Notes under the pieces: model-generated
What the model was told of the DNA's origin: nothing
Database searches by the model: none
Seen by the model: only the letters and a program-made list of their open reading frames with translations
Position numbers and translations under genes: made by a program
NCBI GenBank assembly: GCA_019058365.1
Contig: JAHPZE010000007.1
Location: 32,001-96,000 of the forward strand
Length of the DNA stretch: 64,000 bases
Source: Promethearchaeota archaeon
GTDB lineage: Archaea; Asgardarchaeota; Lokiarchaeia; Sigyniarchaeales; SOKP01
Direction of reading: 5' to 3'
Part shown: piece by piece, positions 40,436 through 53,707 of the stretch
How the letters are laid out: each line of letters starts with the position of its first letter
How positions within the stretch are numbered: the stretch's first letter is position 1

Positions 40436-41251
40436 TTAGGCAATATCAATGATATTGTCTATTTCCTCAATTGATTTTTTCACATAATTAACATCTTCAA
40501 ATAATATTTCTATAGCTTTTTGAGGGCAAATTTCAACACATCGACCATATTCTCTGCATTCATTACTTATAAACGCTTTGTTATTTATTAAATCTATAGC
40601 ATTAACAAAACATACCCCCTTAATGCATGTTCCGCAACCAATACATTTTTCAGTAACTTGAACTTTAACTCCAGGCATTTTTTTAATTTTTAATCCGATT
40701 TAGGGAGCTAATATTGAAGATACTCACCATAAACAACAACATGGATCGCAATTACAAATACTTAAAAGTTTTTCTCCAGGTTTAACTCCAAGCCATTGGG
40801 CATCTAATTTATTTCTACCAATCTTTTGGACTAATCCCGCTTCTCTACACTTTTTCAAATTTTTCAGAGCTTCTTTTTTAGAAACTAATCGTCCTAATTG
40901 AGGATTGATATCCAATACTGCATTTCCAAGAAAAAGACATCCTAAATCAACAGGATAGTTTTGACAATCCATGCTCGATCTACATATACAGAAATTCATG
41001 ATCCAATGGTGCTTAGCTTTGTTAATAAAATATTCCAACACTTGAGAAGGTAGAACAAATTCTTTATATTGTCCTATTGGTTTGTTAATATCTATGACTT
41101 TCTCTTGAGGAAGGTATATAATATCATCCCCCTTAAAAAGCAAATGATCAAAAAGAGTGCCTAAAATAGGCAGATTTGTCAATTTAGTAATAAATTTAAC
41201 ATTTGGAAATACTTTTTTAAGTAATTTTACAAACCATAAAGGACGAGCCAT
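40436..41251 (-). pseudogene. 4Fe-4S ferredoxin-domain protein pseudogene with two in-frame stops
   Basis: ORFs 40724-41251 and 40436-40678 are in frame: CCCLW*(TGA)VSSILAP*(TAA)IGLKIKKMPG; second cluster motif degraded (CREYGRC). Confidence 0.75.
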
Positions 41252-41329
41252 TTAATCACCCTGCCTTTGAAATACTTTCTAAATATAATTCTAAGTAAAT
41301 TTTAATTTAATAACCCTGTTAAATCCAGA

Positions 41330-44494
<3,165 letters not shown>

Positions 44495-44622
44495 CTAGCT
44501 ACTGTAATTACCATTAATTTTAATTAATTAAAGAAGCTAAAATGAATAAAGTTTATACTTTTAAATAAAAGCAATGTTAAATTAAAATTAAAGGAAATTT
44601 CTAAATTCCACAATGAAACCTT

Positions 44623-45585
44623 ATGAAAGTAAATATTGAATTGTTAAAAGAATTTGAAAAAACACTTGATACTATACACCCAGAAAAGGGTAAAATCCCA
44701 ATTAAAATTCTTGGATTTGGAGAAATTAGCTTAGTTTTTGAAATTCTTGATGATCCTGAACGTTTAGCTTATAAAAGGATTCCTATTTTTGATAACGAAA
44801 AACAAGTTAAAAGGCATCTTTGGGCTTATAATGAATACTGCAAAATCTTAAATGAAGATATTGGTCTAAACCTTCCTGAACATAAAGCACTTTGGTTTAA
44901 AGATCATAAAGGACAAATACAGTTTTACTGTGTCCAACAAAAGATAAATCCTAAAGCTGTAGGGAATAAGGTTATTCATAATATTTCCGATGATGAAATT
45001 GAAAACTTAATTATTCTTACAATGAGAGAATTAAAAAAAGTATGGACATTTAATCGTGAAAATAAGATTTATGATGTTGGATTAGATGGACAAATATCAA
45101 ATTTTGTTGTTATTGATTACGATCATAATAATCCAAGGATCAATGAATCCTCAAAATTATTATATCTAGATACAAGTACACCACTTTTTCGAAAAAATAA
45201 CATTGAAGCAATGGAAGCAGAACTGTTTTTAAAAAGTGCTCCGTCATTCTTGAGATTTCTTTTAAAAGCGTTGTTTGTACAAGAAGTTGTAGATAGATAT
45301 TATGATTGGAGGTTAGTAACTATTGATTTAATTGCCAATTTTTTCAAAGAACAGAAACCTGAAATTATCCCTCGGGTAATTAGAAGAATTAATAGATTTT
45401 TTAAAGAAGAAGCAGATACTTTTAAAATAGAACCAATCACATTTGAAGAAGTTTATAAATATTATAAAAACGATAAAATGATTTGGGTTATTTTCCAAAA
45501 TGCCAGAAGATTTGATAGATATATGAAAACTAAACTACTTAAGAAAACATATGATTTTTATCTTCCAGAAAAAATAAAGAGGTAA
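44623..45585 (+). CDS. Conserved hypothetical protein (DUF6206-like, possibly kinase-like fold)
   Basis: ILGFGEIS, AYKRIP, LDGQISN, YLDTSTP; family name recalled, not searched. Confidence 0.55.
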   Translation: MKVNIELLKEFEKTLDTIHPEKGKIPIKILGFGEISLVFEILDDPERLAYKRIPIFDNEKQVKRHLWAYNEYCKILNEDIGLNLPEHKALWFKDHKGQIQFYCVQQKINPKAVGNKVIHNISDDEIENLIILTMRELKKVWTFNRENKIYDVGLDGQISNFVVIDYDHNNPRINESSKLLYLDTSTPLFRKNNIEAMEAELFLKSAPSFLRFLLKALFVQEVVDRYYDWRLVTIDLIANFFKEQKPEIIPRVIRRINRFFKEEADTFKIEPITFEEVYKYYKNDKMIWVIFQNARRFDRYMKTKLLKKTYDFYLPEKIKR

Positions 45586-45606
45586 TGCTAAAAGCATAAT
45601 TTAATT

Positions 45607-45753
45607 TTACTTTTCCCCGTTAGAAAACCATTTATCTTTACAAGATTCAAAATAGAATCCATGCATGGCTGTTGGCTCGATTGGGTCAAATTCTTGTATT
45701 TTAACACTTCTAATAATTTCATTTTTACATTCTTGACACCTTATTTTAGCCAT
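45607..45753 (-). CDS. Small (48 aa) Zn-finger-like protein, not in ORF track
   Basis: MAKIRCQECKNEII...HGFYFESCKDKWFSNGEK; fills the gap between flanking genes. Confidence 0.45.
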   Translation of the reverse strand: MAKIRCQECKNEIIRSVKIQEFDPIEPTAMHGFYFESCKDKWFSNGEK

Positions 45754-45875
45754 TTTCTACCATCATTAAGTTTTTTTAACTATAAATTAGATTTAATTTG
45801 AATAAATCTTGATAATAATAAAGATACAAATATATTCGATTTGTTATTGAGTTTAAATATTAAATACTTCTAGAT

Positions 45876-47015
45876 ATGGATATAACTTATAAGCCTAAGG
45901 TATTCTTTACCTCAAATGTATTCTCAACTAAGGAGATTGGCTCTAATGAGCAAATATCAGAAAAATATCGCACTGCCATTGATGATCTATGGCAAGAATT
46001 AGATCAAACAGCAGAATTTCAAATATTCAATGGAAGATTTCCTTCAGAGAAAGAAATTAAAAAAGAACTAAAAATATTCAATCCAGATATTCTTGGATGT
46101 CACTTAAGTCATCCTATATCCTCAAAAATATTAAAAAACTCAAATATCTTTGCAATTTCTACATCAACAGCAGGATATAATCATATTCAACGAACTGAAG
46201 AAGATGATATCCTAATTACACATACACCGGGTATTCTTCATAAAACAGTGGCAGATTACACTATAGCTTTAATAATGGCGAATTTAAGAAATTTAATAGA
46301 TCTTCATAATTATGTATGGAATGAGCAATGGACTTCTGATGATAAATGGGATTTAGATCAATCTCTTTCCTCTGTGATAACCGATAAAACACTTGGAATT
46401 ATAGGGTTAGGTGAAATTGGGAAGGAAATAGTAAGAAAACTTTATCCTTGGGGTGTTAAAATCCTTTATAGTGATAAGAATCAAATGAAACAGTTTGAAA
46501 AAGACTATCCTTTAATTGAATTTAAAGAAAATATTAAAGATATTTTCAGAGAATCAGATATAATCAGCCTCCATATTCCCTTGAATAAATATACTATAAA
46601 TTTAGTGAATCGAGACTTACTAAAGTTAATGAAAAAAGGCTCTTTATTAATAAATACTGCACGAGGGGGCATTTTAGAACTAGAAACTCTATTAAATATG
46701 TTAGAAAATAAAGAAGTTCAAATAAATATTGCTTTTGATGTTTTTCCAGTAGAACCTATTGATTCTAATACTCTTATGCGATTGAAAAATATAAAACGTG
46801 AACAACCAAACATACGAATGATTCTAATACCCCATAATGCCTCTGCAGATGCAAATACTCGAGCTAAAATGAATATACTATTTCTAAAAGATATAATTAA
46901 GATTATAAAATCTTCTTGCATAGAAGATTTAAGGGAAATTCATATTATTCCAGAACATAAAAAATTAATAAAAGAAAGAAAATGGAGAATTTTTAATTAT
47001 TGGGAAAAAAAATGA
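45876..47015 (+). CDS. D-2-hydroxyacid dehydrogenase (glyoxylate reductase-like)
   Basis: GIIGLGEIG, SLHIPL, INTARG, DVFPVEP, PHNAS. Confidence 0.88.
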   Translation: MDITYKPKVFFTSNVFSTKEIGSNEQISEKYRTAIDDLWQELDQTAEFQIFNGRFPSEKEIKKELKIFNPDILGCHLSHPISSKILKNSNIFAISTSTAGYNHIQRTEEDDILITHTPGILHKTVADYTIALIMANLRNLIDLHNYVWNEQWTSDDKWDLDQSLSSVITDKTLGIIGLGEIGKEIVRKLYPWGVKILYSDKNQMKQFEKDYPLIEFKENIKDIFRESDIISLHIPLNKYTINLVNRDLLKLMKKGSLLINTARGGILELETLLNMLENKEVQINIAFDVFPVEPIDSNTLMRLKNIKREQPNIRMILIPHNASADANTRAKMNILFLKDIIKIIKSSCIEDLREIHIIPEHKKLIKERKWRIFNYWEKK

Positions 47016-47584
47016 TTAGATCATTTATTGCTATTGAATTAAAAGATTTAGACACAATTGAGAAAATTGCTTTATTCTCTCAAAGGTTAAGGCAAAATCA
47101 GGCTAAGATTAAACTTGTAGAACCTGAAAATTTACATATGACGATAAAATTTTTAGGAAATATACCTGAGCCTTTAGCTGTTAAGATTTACAGGATTTTA
47201 CAAGAAGAAATTAATGAAAAATTATTTCAAGGAAAAAGTGTCAGATATATTCTGAAAGGCGTTGGCCAATTTAATAATTTTTCAGTTATTTGGACAAAAC
47301 TAGTAGGTGATATTCAATTTTTGCAAAACGTTAAGGATATGGTTGAAAATTACTTATTTGATAAACTACACATTGAACGCGATAAAAGAACAAAATTCAA
47401 ACCTCATCTGACTATTGCACGACTTAAGAAGGGTAAAATAAATTATAAAACATTTGAAACACTTAAGAATTTAATTACTGAGAATAAATATTTAGAGTTT
47501 GGAACTTTTATTATTAACCAAGTGAAATTAAAAAAATCACAGCTGACTCCAAGTGGCCCAATCTATTCTGACTTGGTATATTAA
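47012..47584 (+). CDS. thpR: RNA 2',3'-cyclic phosphodiesterase (2H family)
   Basis: RSFIAI, LHMTIKFLG, PHLTIAR, SQLTPSGPIY. Confidence 0.92.
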   Translation: MIRSFIAIELKDLDTIEKIALFSQRLRQNQAKIKLVEPENLHMTIKFLGNIPEPLAVKIYRILQEEINEKLFQGKSVRYILKGVGQFNNFSVIWTKLVGDIQFLQNVKDMVENYLFDKLHIERDKRTKFKPHLTIARLKKGKINYKTFETLKNLITENKYLEFGTFIINQVKLKKSQLTPSGPIYSDLVY

Positions 47585-48277
47585 ATGCAGAGAAAAAAAC
47601 CTATTAAAGCGATCGTTTGGGATTTAGATGGTACGTTAATTCATTTTAAGATCGATTACCTACGAGCACGGAGAATTGCTATAGAAATCCTAAAAAGCTA
47701 TGGAATTCCTAAACGTCTCCTTACGATTAATATTTCTATTTTAGAAAATATGAAATCTGCCAGAGAATTTTTTGAAAAGGAAGGTTTGTCTCAGAAAAAA
47801 ATAAATGAAATAATAGAAGAAGTGGATAATGAGATTATAAAAATAGAATACGATGCTGCTAACAATGCTACAATGATAAATGGAATAGACCAAGTATTGG
47901 AATTTGCCAAGAACAATAATCTAAAGCAAGCAATTTTTACATTTAATACAAAAAGAAATGCAGAAATTTCTCTCAAAAAAGTGAATTTATTACAATATTT
48001 TAACCTTATTGTCGGAAGGGATAATATTACCAATTTAAAACCCCATCCAGAACATTTAACTTATATATGTAACCAGCTAAACATAAAATCCGACGAAATT
48101 TTAATAATTGGAGATAATATCCGTGATATTGAGGCTGCTATCAATGTAGGAGCTCATTCTATAGCATTAAATACAAAGTTAGCTAAAGTTGAAACCCTCC
48201 AAATAGCAGATAAAATAGTTAAAGAAAATGAAATACCATTAAAATTAATAGAAGAAATTGAAAAACTTATAAATTAA
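47585..48277 (+). CDS. HAD-superfamily hydrolase (phosphoglycolate phosphatase-like)
   Basis: WDLDGTL, KPHP, IGDNIRDIEAA. Confidence 0.88.
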   Translation: MQRKKPIKAIVWDLDGTLIHFKIDYLRARRIAIEILKSYGIPKRLLTINISILENMKSAREFFEKEGLSQKKINEIIEEVDNEIIKIEYDAANNATMINGIDQVLEFAKNNNLKQAIFTFNTKRNAEISLKKVNLLQYFNLIVGRDNITNLKPHPEHLTYICNQLNIKSDEILIIGDNIRDIEAAINVGAHSIALNTKLAKVETLQIADKIVKENEIPLKLIEEIEKLIN

Positions 48278-48287
48278 AAAAAAAAAT

Positions 48288-48331
48288 AATAAAATATCAA
48301 TAAAATATCAATATAATATCAATAAAATATC
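48288..48331. repeat. Four tandem 11-bp units AATAAAATATC (third unit AATATAATATC)
   Basis: Read directly; intergenic, upstream of 48381. Confidence 0.85.
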
Positions 48332-48380
48332 CACTAAATCTATTATTGTATAATTACATACAAGGGTTTAAAATAAAATA

Positions 48381-48635
48381 ATGAAAGTAGAATTTCTTTT
48401 GGATGTTCTCAAACCTCATCAACCCGATTCATATATTGTGGCTAAAGAATTAATGAAAGTTACTGGGGTATCAAGAGTTAGTGTTAAAGTAGATGAATTA
48501 GATCAAAAAACAGCTTCTTTACATATTCACATTGAGGGGAGTAATCTCTCCTTTGAAGAAATAACTGAAACACTTGCAATGAATAATTGCGCTTTGCACA
48601 GTCTAGATGAGGTTATTTGTGAAGAAAAAGATTAA
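48381..48635 (+). CDS. DUF211 family protein
   Basis: LDVLKPHQP...ALHSLDEV. Confidence 0.8.
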   Translation: MKVEFLLDVLKPHQPDSYIVAKELMKVTGVSRVSVKVDELDQKTASLHIHIEGSNLSFEEITETLAMNNCALHSLDEVICEEKD

Positions 48636-48733
48636 TTAAATCTTTATTTCATATTTTTTTAAATATTGGACTAACCAAAAAAATAAAAATTAGATATACC
48701 GATTTTATTTACAATAAGAAAATTTTTATTGAG

Positions 48734-49087
48734 ATGCAAGATCCAAGTATAATTAAAATCATTCAAGAACAAGGAGAAATCAATGATGAATTAGATTTTG
48801 CCTTAATGAATTACTTACTTCAAAATCGAGGTCCTGGTTTTACTGCTTGTCAACCCTCTTTAGTGGAACTTGAAGGGGGTAAGAAAGCTATTAAAATGAA
48901 TATAGATCATACATTTGTTAATAAAGATAACCAACTAATGGGTTTAGGTATAGTTGGCAAGATTTACGTTGATTTAGATTCTCTTCAAGTGATTTATTGC
49001 ACCCCCAAGGAAGATTTAGAAAGTAATATCAAAGTATTAAAATCAGCTGAAATTGAACCTGAACCTCGACCAAAAGGAAAATATTAA
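48734..49087 (+). CDS. Hypothetical protein
   Basis: 117-aa ORF co-oriented with its neighbours. Confidence 0.65.
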   Translation: MQDPSIIKIIQEQGEINDELDFALMNYLLQNRGPGFTACQPSLVELEGGKKAIKMNIDHTFVNKDNQLMGLGIVGKIYVDLDSLQVIYCTPKEDLESNIKVLKSAEIEPEPRPKGKY

Positions 49088-49184
49088 TTTGTTATCAATT
49101 CTCAGTTTTGATAAAGTAGGAAGATATATCCTCGTGGGGAAAAAAATATAAAATTAACTTCATTCTTAACCTTACTGAATTATA

Positions 49185-49733
49185 ATGTCGAGTAAAGAAA
49201 GTAATATCACACAACTAATCCAAGACTATTTGTTAGACGAAGGATTATTACGAGGAAAAGTTTCTGATCCTAAACTTGAATTTGGTTTTCAATTCATTTT
49301 TCCTCCTGGAAAAGATCTCCTAGGCCGACCCGTTGGTAGAAATATGGTAGTTTTTCGACCTAAAAATAAAGGGCTAATTATTGTTAGTTTAGGAGTACAG
49401 ATTTCAGAACCACATATAAATGCTTTGAATTCCCTAGAAAATAACAAAAAAATGAACTTTTTCATGGATTTAAGAAAATCTTTTCTTTTAAAAGATGTTT
49501 TTTATCGAATAGATATAAAAAATCATAGATTTGAAATAATCGATCAAATATTCCTTGATAAGGAAGAATCTATCTCAAAGAATTCTTTATTTAAAATGAT
49601 TCGAAAGGTTTTTAATTGTGCTGCTTATAGTAATTTTATTTTAGACGAATATTGTGCTGGTAAAATAAAACCAGAAGATTTTTTGAAAGCTAAAGAATTT
49701 ACATCTGATTCTGATTTTTCTCTATATTCATAA
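49185..49733 (+). CDS. DUF2299-like protein
   Basis: IQDYLLDEG, ISEPHINAL; family name recalled, not searched. Confidence 0.6.
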   Translation: MSSKESNITQLIQDYLLDEGLLRGKVSDPKLEFGFQFIFPPGKDLLGRPVGRNMVVFRPKNKGLIIVSLGVQISEPHINALNSLENNKKMNFFMDLRKSFLLKDVFYRIDIKNHRFEIIDQIFLDKEESISKNSLFKMIRKVFNCAAYSNFILDEYCAGKIKPEDFLKAKEFTSDSDFSLYS

Positions 49734-49757
49734 TTTCAATTTTATATATTACGGTGA

Positions 49758-50285
49758 ATGAAAATTTTTAAGAAGTGGTTGCAAGCACTAGGAAAACTAG
49801 AGTATGTTCAGGGAAAAGCAAGGCCAAATGTAGATTGCATATTTTGTGCTGTACGTGATAATGATGAAAGAGTAAAATCCTTAAAAATTTATGAAGATAA
49901 TTTGTGTTTTATTGTATTAAATCTATACCCTTATAATCCTGCCCATTTAATGATTGTTACTCATAGGCATTTAACTAAATTCATTGAACTTACTAAAGAA
50001 GAATTAATCCATATTAATAGGACCATTCAAGGAATACAATTGTTATTAAACAATTTATATAATCCCAAAGGATATAATATTGGTATTAATCAAGGACGAG
50101 ATGCAGGGGGTAGTATAGAACATTTACATTTTCATATAATTCCTAGATATGGATCTGAACTTGGATTTATTGATATAGTAGGAGAAACTCGTGTTTTACC
50201 CGAAAGTTTAGATTCTGTTAAAAAAAAATTAGAAAGTGTAATTTATGAATTTTTAAATGAGGAATTTTTTAAGAATTTTAAATGA
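49758..50285 (+). CDS. HIT family hydrolase
   Basis: CIFC, LNLYPYNPAH, HLHFHIIPR. Confidence 0.92.
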   Translation: MKIFKKWLQALGKLEYVQGKARPNVDCIFCAVRDNDERVKSLKIYEDNLCFIVLNLYPYNPAHLMIVTHRHLTKFIELTKEELIHINRTIQGIQLLLNNLYNPKGYNIGINQGRDAGGSIEHLHFHIIPRYGSELGFIDIVGETRVLPESLDSVKKKLESVIYEFLNEEFFKNFK

Positions 50286-50503
50286 TTTTAAAATCAATAA
50301 GATTTAGATTCTTCGAATTTAGAATGATATTCAAGATTTAAAATTAACAGAATTCTTTTTTTATATTAACATCATATATATCAAAATGAAAAGTTTTCTA
50401 TACTTCTCTGATCAAATTATAATCTAACCATCATAAAGCTTTTAAAGTCTATTAATAAAAAAAAAGAAAAAAAATGATTCTTAATTATAAAAATCTGAAG
50501 CAT

Positions 50504-50740
50504 TTATCTTGTAGCATTTCGAATATCTGCAGCTGTTACTCGTTTACGTTTATCAGCTTTACAAACTTTAATAGCATCTTTAGTTGCTGTAGCTGCACTC
50601 GTTTCAAGGAAGTTAATAAGTTTATCTAACGCCTCTGCAGCTACAAGATCTGCTCCTTCTTTCTTCATAAGTCTGCGAATAGGTGCCTTAGCAATATATC
50701 CTTCAGCTTTCTTTTTTGCTGGAGCACTCTTTTTAGCCAT
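50504..50740 (-). CDS. Archaeal histone (HMf-type) with Lys-rich N-terminal extension
   Basis: IAKAPIRRLMKKEGA...KRKRVTAADI histone fold; tail MAKKSAPAKKKAEG. Confidence 0.9.
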   Translation of the reverse strand: MAKKSAPAKKKAEGYIAKAPIRRLMKKEGADLVAAEALDKLINFLETSAATATKDAIKVCKADKRKRVTAADIRNATR

Positions 50741-51362
50741 AATTATTCCTCCACTATTTAATTAGTTAATTTTAATTTATTTTTTTAGATGTTAATTATG
50801 TATAACTACACATTTCTATTATATAAATGTTATGATTGGAATCAATATCAGTATGAAAGAGCAATAAGAGATCATATTGAATCGAAAATGAGATCGTTTT
50901 ATTAATTTGATATTAATTTTTCCGACTAAAATTAAAAATTTAATTTTATTAAATAAAGCCGTAGTTTCTTGATTTTTTGAGTTTTTACTTTTATTCATAA
51001 TTCAATTCAATCCAATATAATTTATTAATCATTAATTAATTTATTTTGAAAGATTAATGATTTGGGAATTAAAAAAAATATAAATTTGACTTTATAAAAC
51101 CTTGAACTCTAATTTTTTTGAACTTTAACTGCTATGAGCAAATCAATAAATAAAGTCAATAAAAAATAATTGCTAATCGATTTTTTAAATTTTTAATGAC
51201 TTTATAAAGTTTTAAGAAATAAATTTTTTGAGCTTGTAATCCTTAAAAACTAAAATTTGATAGCATTTTGTTTTTTTGAGATCTAAAAATTAAAATACTA
51301 AATGTTTGATTAAAGTATTATAAAAAATAGTTACGGATTTCGCCAATAGTTTTTAAAAATTT

Positions 51363-52193
51363 ATGTCGACAAAGAAAAAACTAAATGACTTTGAAATTGA
51401 GGAAGCACTTCAAACATTGGGATTTACAAAAAATGACTCCAAAGTATTACTCACATTGTGTAAGTTCAAGATTTTAAGCCCAGCAGATATTGCAAAGCAT
51501 TCAGGGGTTGACCGAGCAAGGGTTTATGATTCTTTGAACCGATTAATTGAAAAAGGCTTTATTCAAAAAGAACCTATTAAACGTGGTGCTAATTATCAAG
51601 TAATCCCTATTGAAAGAATCTTTAAGGTAATTCGGGATGAATATAAGATAAAAATTGAAGATACTCTATCCCTAGAAAAGATTATTAGTGAATTGGAAAT
51701 TGGTAAAGAGGAATCTGAACCACGGGTTTGGTCAATTAATTCTAGGTCTAAAATTCGGAAAAAAGTCAAAGAATTAATTATTTCAGCAAAAGAGAGGATC
51801 TTTTTTATAATTACGCCTGATTTGCTTATGCAAGAATTAGGAGGTTATGATTGGGTACTAAAGGAACTTTGGAATAAAAAATTCTCTTCAGAAATTCAAA
51901 TCGTTGTTGCTTTAAAATATAATGACCTTTTAAAAGAAGAAGTTAAAAAGTTATTAAATATCTCAGTGATAATTCATTCTATTGAGGGAGATAATGTTAT
52001 TCCTTTTGGATTATTGATAACTGATAATCAATTTTTACTTACAACATTAGATAGCGTGCGAGAAGCGCCAGAATATACCTCAGGCTTATGGTTAGAAAAT
52101 GGTACTCCAAAACAGATTGTAGGATATGAACATTTGTTTAAACATTTCATTACAAGTGAATGTAAATCTATTCAACTAGTGCAAAAAAATTAG
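51363..52193 (+). CDS. TrmB family transcriptional regulator
   Basis: LGFTKNDSKV...SGVDRARVYDSLNRL HTH plus C-terminal effector domain. Confidence 0.85.
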   Translation: MSTKKKLNDFEIEEALQTLGFTKNDSKVLLTLCKFKILSPADIAKHSGVDRARVYDSLNRLIEKGFIQKEPIKRGANYQVIPIERIFKVIRDEYKIKIEDTLSLEKIISELEIGKEESEPRVWSINSRSKIRKKVKELIISAKERIFFIITPDLLMQELGGYDWVLKELWNKKFSSEIQIVVALKYNDLLKEEVKKLLNISVIIHSIEGDNVIPFGLLITDNQFLLTTLDSVREAPEYTSGLWLENGTPKQIVGYEHLFKHFITSECKSIQLVQKN

Positions 52194-52309
52194 ATTCTTT
52201 AATTTAATTAAAAATATATTGGTGTAAATTATTAAAAAAATATATAACTAAAGTCAAAAATTATTAATTAGATCTTAAATATTATCTAAGGATAGGGGAA
52301 TAAAGTCTT

Positions 52310-52867
52310 ATGTCTTACCGTGGAAAAGTAATTCTATGCGGAGATGCGGGAGTTGGCAAAACAAGTCTATTAGCTCAATATGTTGATGACCAATTTAGTG
52401 AGGAATACCATCAAACTATAGGAGCAAATTTTTTAATAAAGGAAATCGATTTAAGCAGAATAATTGATAAATTAGAGTTAAAAAATCTAAAATTAAAAAA
52501 TGACATAAAACAAAAGGGATTTAAGCTCTATTTTTGGGATATTGGAGGGCAATCAGATAAACTTTGGGCTAATGAATATTATTTCGTCCAAGCGGTTGGA
52601 GCCATGGTTATTTTTAGCTTAGAAAAAGTCTCTTCTTTTGATCATATAGATTTTTGGATTTCAAAGTTAAAGGAATTAAGTGGAGATATACCATATATAG
52701 TGGTTGGAAATAAAGTTGATTTGAAAAGAGAAATTAATACAGAAATGATAGAAAACAAGCTTAAAGAATTAGGAGTTATGTATTTTGAAACTTCCGCAAA
52801 ATTGAATGACAACGTTGATGAGGCATTCGAAAGTTTATCGGTTCAAATTTTAAATACTTTTAAATAA
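52310..52867 (+). CDS. Rab-like small GTPase
   Basis: GDAGVGKTS, TIGANF, WDIGGQ, NKVD, ETSAK; no C-terminal Cys motif. Confidence 0.92.
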   Translation: MSYRGKVILCGDAGVGKTSLLAQYVDDQFSEEYHQTIGANFLIKEIDLSRIIDKLELKNLKLKNDIKQKGFKLYFWDIGGQSDKLWANEYYFVQAVGAMVIFSLEKVSSFDHIDFWISKLKELSGDIPYIVVGNKVDLKREINTEMIENKLKELGVMYFETSAKLNDNVDEAFESLSVQILNTFK

Positions 52868-52954
52868 ATTCCACATAATCTTAAATATTAAAATTTATTT
52901 TTGACTTTAATACTTACATTTTATTTTTGTTTAGAGGATTTTCAAGCAATTATT

Positions 52955-53707
52955 ATGAGTATTCTATTGATCCCTATTGCCCCGTTATCGAGAACAAAAT
53001 CTCGTCTCAGAGATTGTTTTTCAGTTGAACAACTTAGAGATTTAACAATTGCAATGTTCAAGGATCTTGGAAAAACTTTAACACAAGTGAATTGTTTTGA
53101 TAAAAAGGTAGTTTACTGTAATACGCCTGAAATATTAGAAATTGCTTATGACTATGACTTAATAGGGATTAAAGAAGAATTAGCAACTCCGCCAAAATCA
53201 TTTGATAATGTAATTAAAGATCTTAATAATATTGCTATTAAAAAGTTTAATGCAAAACAGACAATATTTTCTTTTCTGGATTTAATTTTAATCTCTGCTG
53301 AAAACTTCTATGAAATTGATACACTTGTAAAAAAGAATCAGTTAGTCATATGCCCTGCAATTCATTCTGCGGGAATTTCTATTTTAGGAAGGAATCCTCC
53401 TGATGTGATTTCATCATATTTTTCTCATCCAAACAAACCTTCTTTAATTGCTTTATTTACTAATGCTTACAAGAGAGGAATAGAAAAAATAGCTATCTAT
53501 GATTCTTTTAGAGCTGGTTTTGATATAGATATAAAACAGGATTTAGTACTCGCTTATGAGTATTTAAAAATTCTTAAATTAATGGATACAGAAGTCTTTA
53601 GATTCTTAAAGAGTAATTTAAAGTTCTCTATCAAAAAAATTAATGCTAACAATAATCGATCTTTTAAAATAACAGAAAGAGAACAAGGAATTAAAAAGAA
53701 AAAGTAA
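52955..53707 (+). CDS. cofC: CofC-like guanylyltransferase (F420 biosynthesis)
   Basis: LIPIAPLSRTKSRL...AMFKD, FDIDIKQDL. Confidence 0.72.
   Translation: MSILLIPIAPLSRTKSRLRDCFSVEQLRDLTIAMFKDLGKTLTQVNCFDKKVVYCNTPEILEIAYDYDLIGIKEELATPPKSFDNVIKDLNNIAIKKFNAKQTIFSFLDLILISAENFYEIDTLVKKNQLVICPAIHSAGISILGRNPPDVISSYFSHPNKPSLIALFTNAYKRGIEKIAIYDSFRAGFDIDIKQDLVLAYEYLKILKLMDTEVFRFLKSNLKFSIKKINANNNRSFKITEREQGIKKKK

Noticed and set aside
40724-40726. Selenocysteine or an intron at the TGA after CCCLW
   Set aside because: A TAA follows eight codons later, the TGA is not at an evident Cys position, no BHB fold was seen, and a downstream Cys is also lost
47012-47584. ThpR as the ligase for the mRNA intron
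   Set aside because: It is 46 kb away in an unrelated operon; archaeal splicing ligation is attributed to RtcB
48288-48331. CRISPR array
   Set aside because: 11-bp units with no spacers, and no cas genes in the window
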